Shown in pieces: positions 1 through 15,100 of a stretch of DNA of 64,000 nt; within the stretch, counting starts at the first letter, position 1; the number at the start of each line of letters is the position of its first letter. A program made the position numbers and the translations under genes. The notes beneath the pieces were generated by a model. It saw only the letters and a program-made list of their open reading frames with translations, did no database searches and had not been told where the DNA came from. This DNA comes from Vicugna vicugna (Eukaryota). Location of the stretch: assembly GCA_013265495.1 (NCBI GenBank), contig MU062317.1:434001-498000 (forward strand), given 5' to 3'.

Positions 1-1892
<1,892 letters not shown>

Positions 1893-3480
1893 AGTCCCCG
1901 CGCACGTGCGCGCGGCTGGCGCAGCCCTGGTCCAGCCGCGCGGTGTCCCCTCGGGAGCGCACTGGGTCAGAGCGGCCGACCCCGCCGCCAGCCGCGGGGA
2001 GACCCCGAACTGAAGGGCCCTCGCTTGTAAAGCTGCTGTTTCCGCGGGATGTGTTCTCTCTGTCTGCACACGCGGTGGTGGTTTGAGCCACCCCCTCTCC
2101 TGAGAGACGTCTTGTAAAGAAAACCCCACTGGCGCTCTTTAGTTTTGATAATATGCAGGTTTATTTTCCATAATCAAAATTTGATCAGTCTCCTGACTGA
2201 TCAGTGCGGTTCTCAAAGAGCTCTCCTTTATTACTGTATGCGGAGCTTGTGTTCACCTGGGAAATTCAGCAAAATACATATGGAAAAGAAAGAAACTATA
2301 TTTTGAAAATGTTTTCGAAGAAGTTTATCTCCTTAGCGTTGTATTCCTTCCTAAAATGTTTGGGAGCCAAGTGCCAAAAACAAATCCTGTCTCGTCTGAC
2401 ACTCATAAGGCTGGCTCAGCCCGTGCACCCACCGCCCAGCGGAGAGGTGAGGGCCGAGCACAGCCCTCAGAGCGTGGGCTGGAAGGGCCACACCCCTCCT
2501 CGTGTGTCCAGCATGGGGTCTCAGATGGCAGGTGTTCGCACATCCCTCTTCCCGGATGGCAGGGAAGCCAGCCGTCCAGTGAGGCTGTGCCCTGCGCCGG
2601 GGTGCGGGGTTGCCAGGCGCAGCTGCCCTGCCGGAGACGCTTCCAGCCACTGTTGTGTCCAGGAGCCCCTTGTGACGCATTCTCACCAGGGGGCTGTGGG
2701 GAGGGATGGTGGCCTGCTGCCTCCTGTCACCAGCTGCTGGCAGAGGACACGAAGGCTGGGTACTAGGAGGTCATCCCGGAGGGAGCCTGGATCCGCAGGC
2801 GATGCACAGGGTGAAAACCTGCCTGCACCTCGGGAGGCCTGTGCTGGCTTTTGACGAGTGAGCAGCAGTCTTACTGGGTTTGAGCTAAACGTTTCTGGTT
2901 TAGTTACGACAGCAGCTAGGCTCACCCCCTACAGTGTCCTGTGACCCACAGAAATGTCTTACCTAACATCATCTGGGGGCAAAATGAAGTGCCCTGTGAA
3001 GTGTCCCGCTCTCCGTGACCCAGCCACGGTGCCCACCTGGAGCACCTTTCCCCACAGCCACTTCACTCCGACATGACCCTTGTCCCACCAGCCGCTGTGC
3101 CCTTCCCCTGCTCTGCGTGACTTCGGGACGTATTGATCCACAAGCTGTTTAGTAATTTGACAGTTGCTGGTAAAGCATTTCTATGGCAGCCAGGGAGAAT
3201 AGTTTACAGCCGGGGGTTCTGCGGGAATGACTAAATCCTGCGCTCAGAAGAGTGGGTCGAGAGGCCTCGGGTCTGGAGATGCTGTCCCCCCCCCCCCCCC
3301 CCCCCCCCCCCGGGACGGACGTCCTGAAGCGGCTCACCTGCAGAAGAGGTGCCTGGTTGCATTCCTACCAAAATGCGACGCCTGAACTCCAGGCCTGGGA
3401 CGCCCGCCCCCTGCTGGCTCCATCCTCGCCTGAGCCTGCAGCACGGGGGGGGGGGGGGAAGGGCCCCCCCGCCCGCCCCG

Positions 3481-3719
3481 NNNNNNNNNNNNNNNNNNNN
3501 NNNNNNNNNNNNNNNNNNNNNNNNNNNNNNNNNNNNNNNNNNNNNNNNNNNNNNNNNNNNNNNNNNNNNNNNNNNNNNNNNNNNNNNNNNNNNNNNNNNN
3601 NNNNNNNNNNNNNNNNNNNNNNNNNNNNNNNNNNNNNNNNNNNNNNNNNNNNNNNNNNNNNNNNNNNNNNNNNNNNNNNNNNNNNNNNNNNNNNNNNNNN
3701 NNNNNNNNNNNNNNNNNNN
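3481..3719. other. Assembly gap (239 N) flanked by G/C homopolymers
   Basis: N run, with a C26 run at 3286-3311 and G runs on both sides of the gap. Confidence 0.99.
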
Positions 3720-5105
3720 GGGGGGGGGGGAGAAGGGCCTCCCAGCAGGCCCAGGCTGCCAAGAGTCAGCCCCCGGGAGGGCCTGCATGTTCCTGACTCA
3801 GCGCACGGCGGGCCTGCCTTCCTGCTTCTTCGGGTGTCAGCCGGCTCCCCGCCCAGATCACTGCTGCTCAAAGCCCAGGGCCCTGGGCGGGCAGACACCT
3901 CCCCACGGGCGTCCAAGGCGCAGAGGTCCCCAGGGGTCCGGGCAGTCTGAAGACAGGCTTTCTTTGCAGTGGGCAGGTTAAGTGTTGGTCAGCCCCTCCC
4001 TAAATCTCTTCAGTCTTCCCAGAGTGTTTGGGATTGAAACCCACCCCTTCCCTGGCCTCAGCTGGCAGCAGGGTCTGGGTCCCCCTCAACCCAGCCCATC
4101 CTCTTGCTCACACCCTCAGCCACAGTGGCCTCTCGGGACCACGGCACCTCATCTGGCCCCTGGCTCCCTCCTCGAGCCACTGTCCGCTGGAGGGGCCTCT
4201 GCCCGCCCTCCCCATCACATCCTTTTCTGCTCCCTGCTCCCAGTAGGGGCTGACCGCAAGCTGCCTTCCTTCTGACCCGCAAGGCCAAGACTACAGGAGT
4301 GCTGACCACCACAGCCTTGCAGGCTGAGCGAGCCCAGCACACAGCACGTGGAGGCCTCGGAAGGTCCCCCACCAGCTGCTCCTAGGAAGCCCGTTCCAGG
4401 CACCGGGGCCTCCCAGCAGTGGAGGACCCCTTCTCCATCCCACACCCACAGACGTCCCAGACCCTCCCCTCCCAGCGCCTAGATTCTTCTTCCCTGCTGT
4501 TGAAAATGGACAGACCAGACCATAAACCCATATTTTGCAGAGAGGTTCGGCTGCCTGCTCTCCCCTGGGGGTCTGAGGGTTTGGGTGATGCAACTCGTGA
4601 CTGGTGGCCCCTCCCATCCATAATGATCCCCAGCACCCAAGCTCGGGGCCTCGCGCCCACCGCAGGTGAGAAGGGTGGGGAGGGACGCAGTGCAGGAGCC
4701 GATGGCGCTGGAGGGGCGGCCAGAGTCCTAACAGATCAGCTCCCGAGGGGCCCTGAGGGCCGGGCAGGAGCCCCGCGTGGAGGTGGGGAGGGTCCTGGTA
4801 CCAGCCCTGCTGAGCTGCCCTCAGAACTGCAAGGAGGCTGTCAGAGGCGCATCGGCCGCAGAGAGGGGCCAGCCATTCCCTGAAGGCTGTGGGGTCAGGT
4901 TCACATCCCTGTCACACAGAAGGGACCTGAGGCAGGACTTCTCAAATTCTGCACAGAACCGGCACCTTCTAAAGTGTGTCCGTATTTCAGTGAAGATAAC
5001 AGAACAGTTTGGGTCACATTTTTAAAAGCCACGGACCCCGTCTTTTCTTTCTTCGTCATTCCCCACGGGTGCAAACTTCTCAGATACGTCTATTTTTTAA
5101 AAATC

Positions 5106-5111
5106 TTTATT
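5106..5111 (-). terminator. Probable DFFB polyadenylation signal (AATAAA on minus strand)
   Basis: tttatt on + strand inside an AT-rich patch about 830 nt past the DFFB stop. Confidence 0.65.
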
Positions 5112-5933
5112 GCTTTTGTGATTTTACAGTAAGTATAAAAAGTAAAATACGACAAAACGTAACTTTAAAAAAGTAAGTTTTAAAAACATGAAATAGATGC
5201 TCGTTTCAAAAACTTCCAGTACTATAAAATGTGTGATTTAGAGCATTAGTCCTTCCTGAGCCAGTCGCGCCCCCCGCCCCCCGGGACCCCTGCTGTGCAC
5301 AGGCGGTGCGTCCGTTGTGACGGGCTTCGCACAACCAGCACGTGGAGTGACAGACACTGGGGTCACACTGGGCACAGCCTCGTGCCACCTGACAGCCAGC
5401 TTCCCGTTTCTCACATAAACGCCTGAAGCTGCCACGTGATTCTGCAGGACGCAGACGTGTAAGGCTGAACATGAAGTAGTATCTGACCCCTTCTGACCCA
5501 CAAAGACACAACTGCCTTTGGTCCGGCGGTCCCCTGCGGACACACACCTGGAGGGCTCCCACTTTCTGCGGTGACAGCGCAGCAGTGACTGTCCTTGCAT
5601 CTTACCCCAAAAGGGTCACAACTCTCCCCAGCACCTAGAAGAGTCCAGAGGATGGAGCATCATCTCCCTGGGAGCAGAGACACAGCGGAGCTGAAGCCCA
5701 AACAGCAGGTTCCCTGAGCCCGAGGGGCCGGGCAGGCTGGGGCGCCGATCGGGGAGGCGGGAGCGGGCCGCGCCCGACCCCGCGCCTCCCGGGAGCGTCC
5801 AGACTCGTCCTCGGCAGCTGAGCTCGCAGAGGTCGGGAAGCAGCTTCAGGAATGCGCTGGAAGCCAGGGTCCGCAGGGCAGGCTCTTCAAGCTCTTCCCA
5901 GGAGTGGCGGCTGGCACCGCTGACAAGTCCATG

Positions 5934-6168
5934 TCACGGGCGCTTGCGGGCCGGCCGCTTCCTCCTCGGCGCCGCCCGGGCTCGGTAGAGCCTGCTGGGG
6001 TCGCAGCGGAGGTGGTGGGTGGTCTTCTTGTGGCAGGCGATGTGCACCAACTTGAGGTTCTCGGAGGTGAAGAGCAGGCCGTAGAAGTACTCCCAGTCCA
6101 CCTCGCGGCCCTGCGCGCCCCGGACAGCCGCGGCCAGCGTGGGCACCACCGTGCGCCTCTTCTCTATT
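5934..6168 (-). CDS. DFFB: DFFB exon 7 (coding part)
   Basis: IEKRRTVVPTL..VDWEYFYGLLFTSENLKLVHIACHKKTTH..RKRP*; TGA at 5936-5934. Confidence 0.95.
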
Positions 6169-9100
6169 CTGCGGGGAAGGCCAGAGATGTCAGGCTGGTT
6201 CTCTGCTAACCTTGGAGATGGTCAGATGTGGTTTCTGTGCAGCGTGCTCACGGAGACACAAACGGTTTGGCCGCTTCCAGGAAAGGCAGGTGGGGAAGGG
6301 TTAAGAGGGACCGCTCAGGGACCATCCCAGCCAGAGCAGGACCATCCAGCTGTCACCAGACGAGCACAGGGGGACACTCCTGCACAAGCTGGTGGACACG
6401 CCATCCCTGCACACAGCCGCACCCGCCGGGCCAGCTGGCCTGGCAGAGCCCCATGCAGGCCCCCGGCCCGTCTCACGTTGGAAAAGTAGACAGCTGCGTA
6501 GTTTTTACGACACTGAGAAGTACACAGAAAAAAAATCATCATATTTATCAACAACTATTTGGCTTCCTTGGTTCCACGCTTATCTATGTGCGGAGGTACC
6601 AAAAGATCACACGACAATATACGAACATGTTTTAAATGCAAACTTACAAGTAAAGCTGAAGTCACCTCTGACTACAGCCTTCCATCTCACTCCTGCCTTC
6701 CCTCCCCGGAGACGACGATGGCTAAGGGTCCGACTTTGTCTTTCCAAGCCTCACCTGGTACTTTTATGACAAGTGAAGCAGGTACAACACCGCCTGTGTA
6801 AGCCTGTTTCACTTACAAACAACAACTCAAAAGACCTCCCAGGAACAGAAGTCAAAGGTGGCACCCTGATGGGACGGACTCGGACACGCCATGGCGAGGA
6901 GGGCTGGGGCAGCACGGGGACCAGACTGGCACGTAGATCGCTGTCCCCGCGTCGCCGGGAAATGCCGAACTAGAAATGAGTAAACATCTGAGATCAAGAA
7001 AAAGAAGAGGGCTCTCCTGCCAGACACAGGGCGGGGCCGCACCCAGCAGCTCGCCAGGGTCTCCGTCTCGGCAGAGGCCCAAGAGGCCCTCAAGAGCCAG
7101 GAGAGGAGGGCGCGAGACCCCCGCTCCAGCCGTTAAAGGAGGAACAGAGAGGCTGAGGGGGTGTCCTGGGCTTGGGGAGGAGGACGGAAAAGCCACCATG
7201 TCCATAACCAGCCCCCTAAAACGCAGTGGTTGCTGCGGGTTGGCCCGGCCCACTCACGTGGCTGAGCTCTGCTGGGGCGTTGGCAGGGGGAGCCGGCCCT
7301 TCACCCCAAGGGGGTCAGGGCCCTGGCGTGGCGATGGTGGCGCGCAGAGGGGACACACCCCACGTGCAGGCAGGGACCAGGCCTCCCAGCTTCCTGTCTG
7401 CTGGAGTCACGTGGCCAAGCCGGATGCAGGGGGAGGGCTGGGGGCACAAGGTAAAGATACCGGGAGGTGCCGGGCAGGGGCCCCCTTCATGTAACCGTCC
7501 TCCAACATCGCAGAAAACCAGGACCTGCAGAACCTCTTACGCAGGCACACGTCCAACGTCACGCTGCCCAGCAGAATGGGAACCACAGGCAAGAGCCACC
7601 CGTGGCTGTTAGAGAACCACTGGAAGCCGGGTGTCTGTGGGAACTAGCGCAGAGCCACTCGGAGGGGCACGGGGACAAGCCAGCTCACGAAGGCTGCCCA
7701 CAGGAAACAGCGCCCACCGAGGACAAGCTCACCATCCAGACACACAAACCGCGCGGAACGCGACCCACTGCCAACAGGCAAGAGGAGCAGTCGACGGCAG
7801 TGCCCTGGGCCCCCCGGCTAGTGGGGTTCACACAGAACCCCCTCTGCCGCTGACCGCAGCGCTCGGGCCCGAGACCGCCCACAGGCTCGCTGGTGTGCTG
7901 AGAGGACTCAGACGCCCCTGAGGGCCGTCACACTTACAGTTACGGTCTATGACCACAAAAGGATGCAAATTAAAATCACCCGAGATTAGGGATGCACAGG
8001 GCAGAGTCCAGAAAGCCCCAGGGAGGCAGGGACACTGCTCCCGGCAGTGGTGGTGACAACACACACACGAGTCAGCAGACAGGGACGCTCCCCGAGCCCC
8101 GGTGTCCAGAGTCTCTACTGGGGCTCTTGTCACGTGAGCAGAGTTGACCACCCACACAGCTGACCTCACCCCCAGCGCCCCCGCCCAGGACGAGCTGAAA
8201 CCATGTGACCCAAAGCCCCTACCCTCTTCACACTGTTAGACTGTCCAGTGACCCCGGCCGCCCAGGCAAACGAAGCCCCTAGCAGACAGGACACTCCAAG
8301 GGCTCAGAGCTGACCTCCAGGGTCGGGGGCAAAGGCCAGACCTGTCTTTGGGCACAGTTAAGTTCTTTACTACACAACCATAAAATAAACATGCTTGAAA
8401 TAAATGATCATAGTGGTTTAAAAGAAAAATAATGAAAGCAGACTAGTATGAAAAGGCTTGCTTTGTTTTTTAAATGACCCCAAGCACTTCCAGAAAGGGA
8501 GTGTGTACTGGGGGGCCGACTAGGGCCTGAGCTGCTGCGGGCATTCGGGCGCTCAATGTACGGGGCGTGCATCAGTCGGCTCTGAGGCAGACGATGCAGC
8601 ACGGGCGGGAGGGTTAAACAACGGGAACTCACCCCCTCTCAGCTCTGGGGGCTGGAGTCGGAGGGCAGGGCGCTCACGCGGCCGGGCTCTGATGAGATCC
8701 CCTCCTAGCCAGCAGATGGCTGCGTCCTCGCCGTGTCCTCACGCGGCAGAGGGACTCCGCTCCCCTAGTAAGACCACAGCCTCGACAGGTCAGGGCCTCA
8801 TGTAGCCTTGGCCACCTCCGGAAGGTCCTGTCCCCAGTACAATCGCCTGGGATTAGGGCTTCGGCAGATGAACGCAGAGGACACAGCTCGGTCCATGGCA
8901 GGAAGGCCTGGGGCGAGGCGCAGAGCTGGGAACACGCAGAAGCAGGCACTGCGCACGGAGCAGGTGCCGAGTGCGGCCAGAGAGTCAGGGCAGCCCTGCC
9001 CGACGCTGACCAGGTCGCCCAAACGAGAAAATCGTCTTCAGAACAAAGGAGACAAGTCTCACTCAGGATCTGAACTAAAGATCTAAGCTAGATGCATGTC

Positions 9101-12100
9101 ATTTTCAGAAAGAAAGAGGAAAATCTAACACAGCCACAGAAAAGGCAGGAAGGGAACATCGTGACAGCAGCCTTGTCAGGAACAGACACCACAAGACGGC
9201 GGCGTCTGGGCTTCAAAGACCTGCTGGCCAGGTGGCTGCCAGCCTGAAACTCACGTCACCTCAGCCAGCACTCGGGGTCTCTCTACGACTGAGCGGCGCC
9301 AGCCCCCAGACCCTTGTGAAGGAAGCCCTCGGGGACACTCGGCGTCAACAGGGAGTGGACCTGAGCGCCGTGCAAACACAGAAACCGTGACTACCAGGCA
9401 AGCCAGCACTCTGCACAGCGCTCACGGGCAGCGGGGTGTGATGTTAGCATGACCCCAGGGGGCCTGGGGGCGAGGAGGACGCGATTCTGCTCCCGATGTG
9501 CTTGGCTCTCCAGGGCCCCTCCAAAGGACACAGCAAACATCTAATTCCCGAACAAAGGAAGGTGGGGTGATGGGCTCGGGGGGAAAGAAAATGCAGCTAA
9601 ACCCAGAGAGAGCACCAAGGAGGCCAGCAGGGAGCAGGACGGTGACCAGGAAACCGGGCAGACAGTGGTTAAGGGGGAGGGTGCAGCTCGGTGGTGGAGC
9701 GTGCGCTTGGCACGCACCAGGTCCTGGGTTCAGTCCCCGGTCCCTCCATTAAAAATAATGAAATAAAATTAATTTAAAAAACAGAACAGAATACAGTGCT
9801 TAACATAAGTCCAGATACACTGACTATTTACTCAACAAACACCGACTGAGCGGCCTGGTGGCCAGATGCTGTCCCAACACCGGGAGGGCCGCCACCAGCC
9901 TGTCCATTCCCAACCTCGTGGGGCGGGCGGCGGCCCCAGTGCAGCCAGGGGCTCCAGCTCGTGTCGGACCCTCCCAGGCTCTGAGAGAACAAAAGCTGAC
10001 ACGACCCACAGGACACTCAGTCCAAACGTCCTGACACACCGAGGTCACAGGAAAGGGGCTGAGAGCCACCAGACCAGCTCCAGCCCAGTCGCGGGGGATC
10101 CAGCCACGTGCACACACCAGGCCGCCACCTCCAGGCTAAGACGAGGTGCAAAGGGTCACGAAGGGGAGCAGGCCACCAGGAGCGGAAATCGGGGACATGA
10201 GGCCACTGAAAACAAACGCACGTGTGCTCGGAAGCTCAGCCCACTTCTAACCAGCTCATCACGATGGAAATGACAGACTCCTTAGGCCTGAACAATAAAA
10301 TGGCCACACTCGCGGGAAGCAGCTAGAAGCAGACCTGGAATGAACACATTAGCCCACGAAAGAGGTGCAAATTCAAGGAGCAGCAAGAAGAAGCCTGAAA
10401 CAGTGGACAGAAGGGATGAAAAGTAAAAGCAAAGTGAATGAAGTGAAGGAGGAGGCAGAGGCGGTCCTGGAGGGAGGAAAGTGGTCCTGGCAGGAGGACT
10501 GGTCACAGCCCGCGGCCGGAGGGGACGCCCTGAAGCCCCCGGGGACCCCACTGAGGGCAGGATGGCTCCGGACGCACTGCCACACAGAAAGGAGGAGACA
10601 CATCTCAGCGCGCTGGAATTCAAACCTGGCACGATCAAAATCAGCACAGAACTGGGAGACAAGCATGAACAGTGGAAAAAACACCTGTATCACAAAAACC
10701 CACCAAAGAACTAGCATCCAGGACATGTAAAGCAGTCCTACAAGTTAGTAAGACCGAAGCCCTATAAAAAATGAGCAGAGGAAGCAACAGCCTCTTCACA
10801 GAACACAAACATGCAAGGAGACACTCAGCCTCCGTCAGGCCACCGGACCGGAGAATCCGTTTCTCACCATCACAGGGACAATGGAGAGACGCATGCTGAT
10901 ACCAAGCGGCGACAAAGCGCAGGGCGCGTGCGCTCACACAGCCAGCGAGCGCGTGGCCGGGGCCGCTCGAGAGCAACCCGGCGACGCGCGCAAGGGCAGA
11001 GGGGGCAGGTTGGGAGCCAGCACCCACGCAGGCAGAGGTCCGTGAGTAATTCTAGAGGCGGATCTCTGTGCACGGGTTCCTCTGTATCTACACTTCCATA
11101 TCCACGGATTTGACCAACGCGCACTGTGCAGCCCTCCACCTAGCACGCACTACTGCAGAAGCCGCGTAGGAGCGACCCACACACTCCAAACCCCCGTTGC
11201 TCAAGGCTCAGCTGCGTGTTCGAGGAAAGCGTCTCAGTTACAACAACATTTCCACTTCCGCCCATTTTCCGGAATGAGCGAGGACACACTCACAGCCCGG
11301 ACCTGCTCACCCTGTGTGAAGCAGGAAACGCCCCGCACCTCACCATGGACGGGAGCTGGCGGTGGGAGGGGAGCTCAGGGTCCCACAGGGGTGGGCGGGG
11401 GTCAGAGGCCGCCGCGCTGAGGGACGCCCCACACAGGCTAGGCCTGGAAGCACAGCAGGCGCCCGCAGCCCCTTCCACGCCGCACGCCCCCGACACCGGG
11501 CAGTCCACCGCCCGAGCTGGGCGCAGGGGATACGAGGCGCCGGGGCCACGGGGCACGCGCACTGGCGGCCGGTGCACCGCACACTCACATGTGGTCCAGG
11601 TTCCAGGTGCTGAAGAGGACCCGGCTCTCCCTGTTGCTGTAGGGGTTGATGGAGTGTCTGGAGGCACAGTCGTCCACGTCAAAGGGGCCCTGGGCCAAAA
11701 GAGGAAGGTCATGTCCACGGGGCAGGGCAGCATCTCCCACACTCGCCCCCACGACGGGGTGCCTAGTCAGGGCTCAGGCCCGAGAAACAGTCTGTGTTCA
11801 GGCAAGTAGGAATCTGCCATGGAATGGCACCCCCGTCCCCTCGTCACCCCAGTGTGAGGCTCTGCAGTGGGGACAAGTCGGTCCTCCCACCGTCGGGGAC
11901 GCCAGCCTCCTCACTGCACGCCTCCCACACCTGCACCTCCCACGCCACCACCACACACACCCTGCGGGAAACGGAGGCCCACAACCAGCGAGGGCTGTGA
12001 ATGACCTGCTCCCTCTCTGTCTCCTCCACAGGCTCCTGGCGCGTCCGTGACCCCACACAGACCCTGGACAGCAGGGGTGCTCTAAAGCGTCACCTCTTCC

Positions 12101-15100
12101 CTGAAGCCCCCAGCTACACCCCACCCAGAAGACTGCCCCCCCACAGCACCCCCTGCCTGAAGCCCCCTAGCCGACTTGCCTACAGGCCCCTGACCGAGAG
12201 CCTGCCAGGGTCGGGGTGCAGGCCTGGTCTTTGTACCCCCGACGCTGCGGGGCTCAGGTCACAGTCCCGGGAGCGAGAGGTCACAAGGGGTAACGTGAAG
12301 CAAGTCGGGAAGGAGCAGTGCTGGGACAGTCAGGGCCCGAAACCCGGGGAAGGACTAGCCGGGCAGGGGCACGAGGAGCCTGTCAGGGGGAGGGAGGCCG
12401 CACCCGCCCCTGGGCCCTGCTCTGGATGACCTCAGTGACGCTAGGAAGGCCACCAGAGGTGGGAGGGGCCTTCCCTGGAAAGGAACCTTGTAAACACAGA
12501 CAACTCGCGGCTCAGGCCCTCACCAAAGCCCCCGATGCCGGCGGCACTGGAGGCTGGACCAGGCCTGGCCCAGCACACATGGGAGAGCAGGGAGGGCAGC
12601 AGGAGGGAAGCAGGGGCGGTGGGTCGGCCTCTGCTTGTCCCCCCGAGGGCCAGCGGCCCGCCCCCAGGGCGCAGTGATGCCCCCGCAGCTTTGTCCCGGA
12701 GGGGGCCCAGCCCTCAGAAGGCTGCATCTGCCTGGTGCTGCCCCGCAGGGTGCCAGGCTTTACCAGGGCCCGGAACGCCACATCCAGCCTCAACCCTGCA
12801 GCCCCTGGGCTCTCTCGTCCAGAAGGCTTAGCCAGGGGAGCAGAACACTTCTCAGCTGCCCAAACAAATGCATGCCTCCTCTGATGCCTGGTCAGGGCCC
12901 TGCTCCTGCGCAGTGTGTCCTGCTCAGCCCCTGCAGCAGTTCTCAAGGGCAGGGCCCTGTACCTGCGTCCACATCGCCTGGGAAGCTCGTCAGAAATGCA
13001 GGTTCTCAGGCCCCACCCCCAGCTGCTGGAACAGGAGCTCCAGGTGGGGCCCAGCAGCCTCCCAGAGCCCCCAGGGGGATTCCACCACCACTGACATTTG
13101 GGGCCCACCAGCTGAGCTGACGCACAAGGGCTACCCCACCTGTCCAGGCCATTGCCAGGGTAGCCCCAGGGAAGGCGCCCCGCTCACCTGGCAGGAGAAC
13201 CAGCCTTCGGGCGTGCAGAGCCGGCCACCCGCCTTAACCCCTCTGTCGAAGTAGCTGCCATGGTACCGCGCCTCCTGCAGCTTCCGGCACATGGCGCCCA
13301 CGATCCGCTGATACTCTTCCTGAGCCTCCCCACCAACCAAGGAGGCGCAAGAGGTCACCTGGAAGAAGCAAGGGACATCGCTGAACGTTGGCCACGAGCC
13401 CTGGGCAGAGCTCCCAGTCCATTCAGCGCTACAGTCCTCAGAGCCCCTGCCCCCTGGGTCCCAGCACAGCCCTGAGGTCAGGGGGCGGGGGTCTGATTTC
13501 ACACCGACCATGGCTGTCTGACCCTGGGGAGTTTCTCTGGGCCCTAGAGATGGCGCTCTGGTCACAAGTACACAGATAAACTCAAGCTCTAGGCATCCTG
13601 GCTGCTTTGGGGCCAGAAACCTGAGAGGAAGCGGGCAGGTGGGGAATGACCACCGCGTCACCTCCTACCTGCCCATGAGGCGCAGCTGCGCACCTCGGGG
13701 TGCACCTGAGCTCGTGCTGAGCACTGGGGCAGAAGCCCGAAGACCGCCTGGCCTAGCGGGAGTGACAGCTGGACAGCACATGGACCAGTACAGGACAGAG
13801 GGCGGGCACCCAGCAGGGGTCGTGAATGACGTGCTGGAGACACTGGGTCACCAGTGCAGGAGGCGCATTCTCAGAGACAGGAGGAGCCTGAGGGTGGCCA
13901 CGGGGAAGAGGGGAGCCGGGAACAGAGAGCGACTGCCCCCTACTTCCGTGTGGCGTCTGTCAGAGCTAACGGTGGACAAGATGGTTACTTGGGATGAGTT
14001 CACATCAAAACTGAACTGCTGGACAGATGAAGAGCTCACAGGCGGGTTCTGGTCCCAGCCCACAGGGAGAGCTCAGGCTAAGCGGAGGGAGACAGAATCT
14101 GTGACCCCAGGGGTGGAACTCTGAGGGGTGGGAGCCAAGTACCTGCTGTGCGGAGCACAGGGTGGGGAGCTTGCTGGGCACATGGTCCTGCTGGCTCGAG
14201 TCCGCCAGCACCCACACCCGCACCGCCCGGTGCTCCTCCGACGTCCACGCCCACCCTGGGAACAGAGTCCCGACAGCAGAGCCCGCTTCTAAACCTGCCC
14301 GGCGGCACACCCGGCATCAGCGGGGACCCACCTCTCTCAGGTAGCTCCGGATCCGGCTCTCGCAGCTGTACCTCAGGTAGCCAGACTTGTTCCGAAACCG
14401 GGCCTCCAAACCTGCCGGAGGAGAGAGACGAGACGCCTGGAGACCGGGCAGCGCGCTCTCCCAGGAGGGGCGGAGCGTGAGGGCCGCCGGCTCTGCTCCA
14501 TCTAGAGCCGTCCTGACCATGACGGGCCTGCTGTCTCTGGATTTTGCTGGTCTGGGAAGGATCTGTGGTCCCCCTGCACGGAGCACGGTGGCACCTCCAG
14601 GCCCTCTCTCCAAGAGGGCTGCAGTCTCTCAGGGCTGCCTCCACCTGGCTCAACAGGCCAAGCCAAAGGTGGGAGCATCCCAGGTGAATGGATAAAGATG
14701 TGGTCCATCCACGCAATGGAATATCACTCAGCCTGAGAAAGGAAGGGGATCCTGACACCCCGCTACCACATGGAGGAACCACGAGGACACGGTGCTGAAT
14801 GCAGGAGGCCGGGCGCAGAGGTAAGCACCGCGTGATCCCGCTCTCACGGGGTCATTCACTGAGACAGGGAGGGCCGGGGGGGAGGCGGGGAGTGTTTAAC
14901 AGGGACAGAGTTTCAGGTTAGGAAGGTGAGAAAGTTCTGAGAACGGATGGTGGGGATGGTCGCACAACGATGTAAATATATTTAATGCCAGTGACCTACA
15001 CGCTTAGAAACGATAAAGATGTTATGCCGGCATTACTGTATCTGAAAAATAAATAAAAATGAAAAGGCCAGTCCCAGGGCTGCCCGGACTCTGGCCCCGC

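Noticed and set aside
3231-3981. ORFs spanning the N gap
   Set aside because: Artefacts of translating through Ns.
5850-5932. 28-codon ATG ORF starting 1 nt after the DFFB stop (minus strand)
   Set aside because: Short, no recognised motif, and the TGA-CATG context is not a known readthrough signal.
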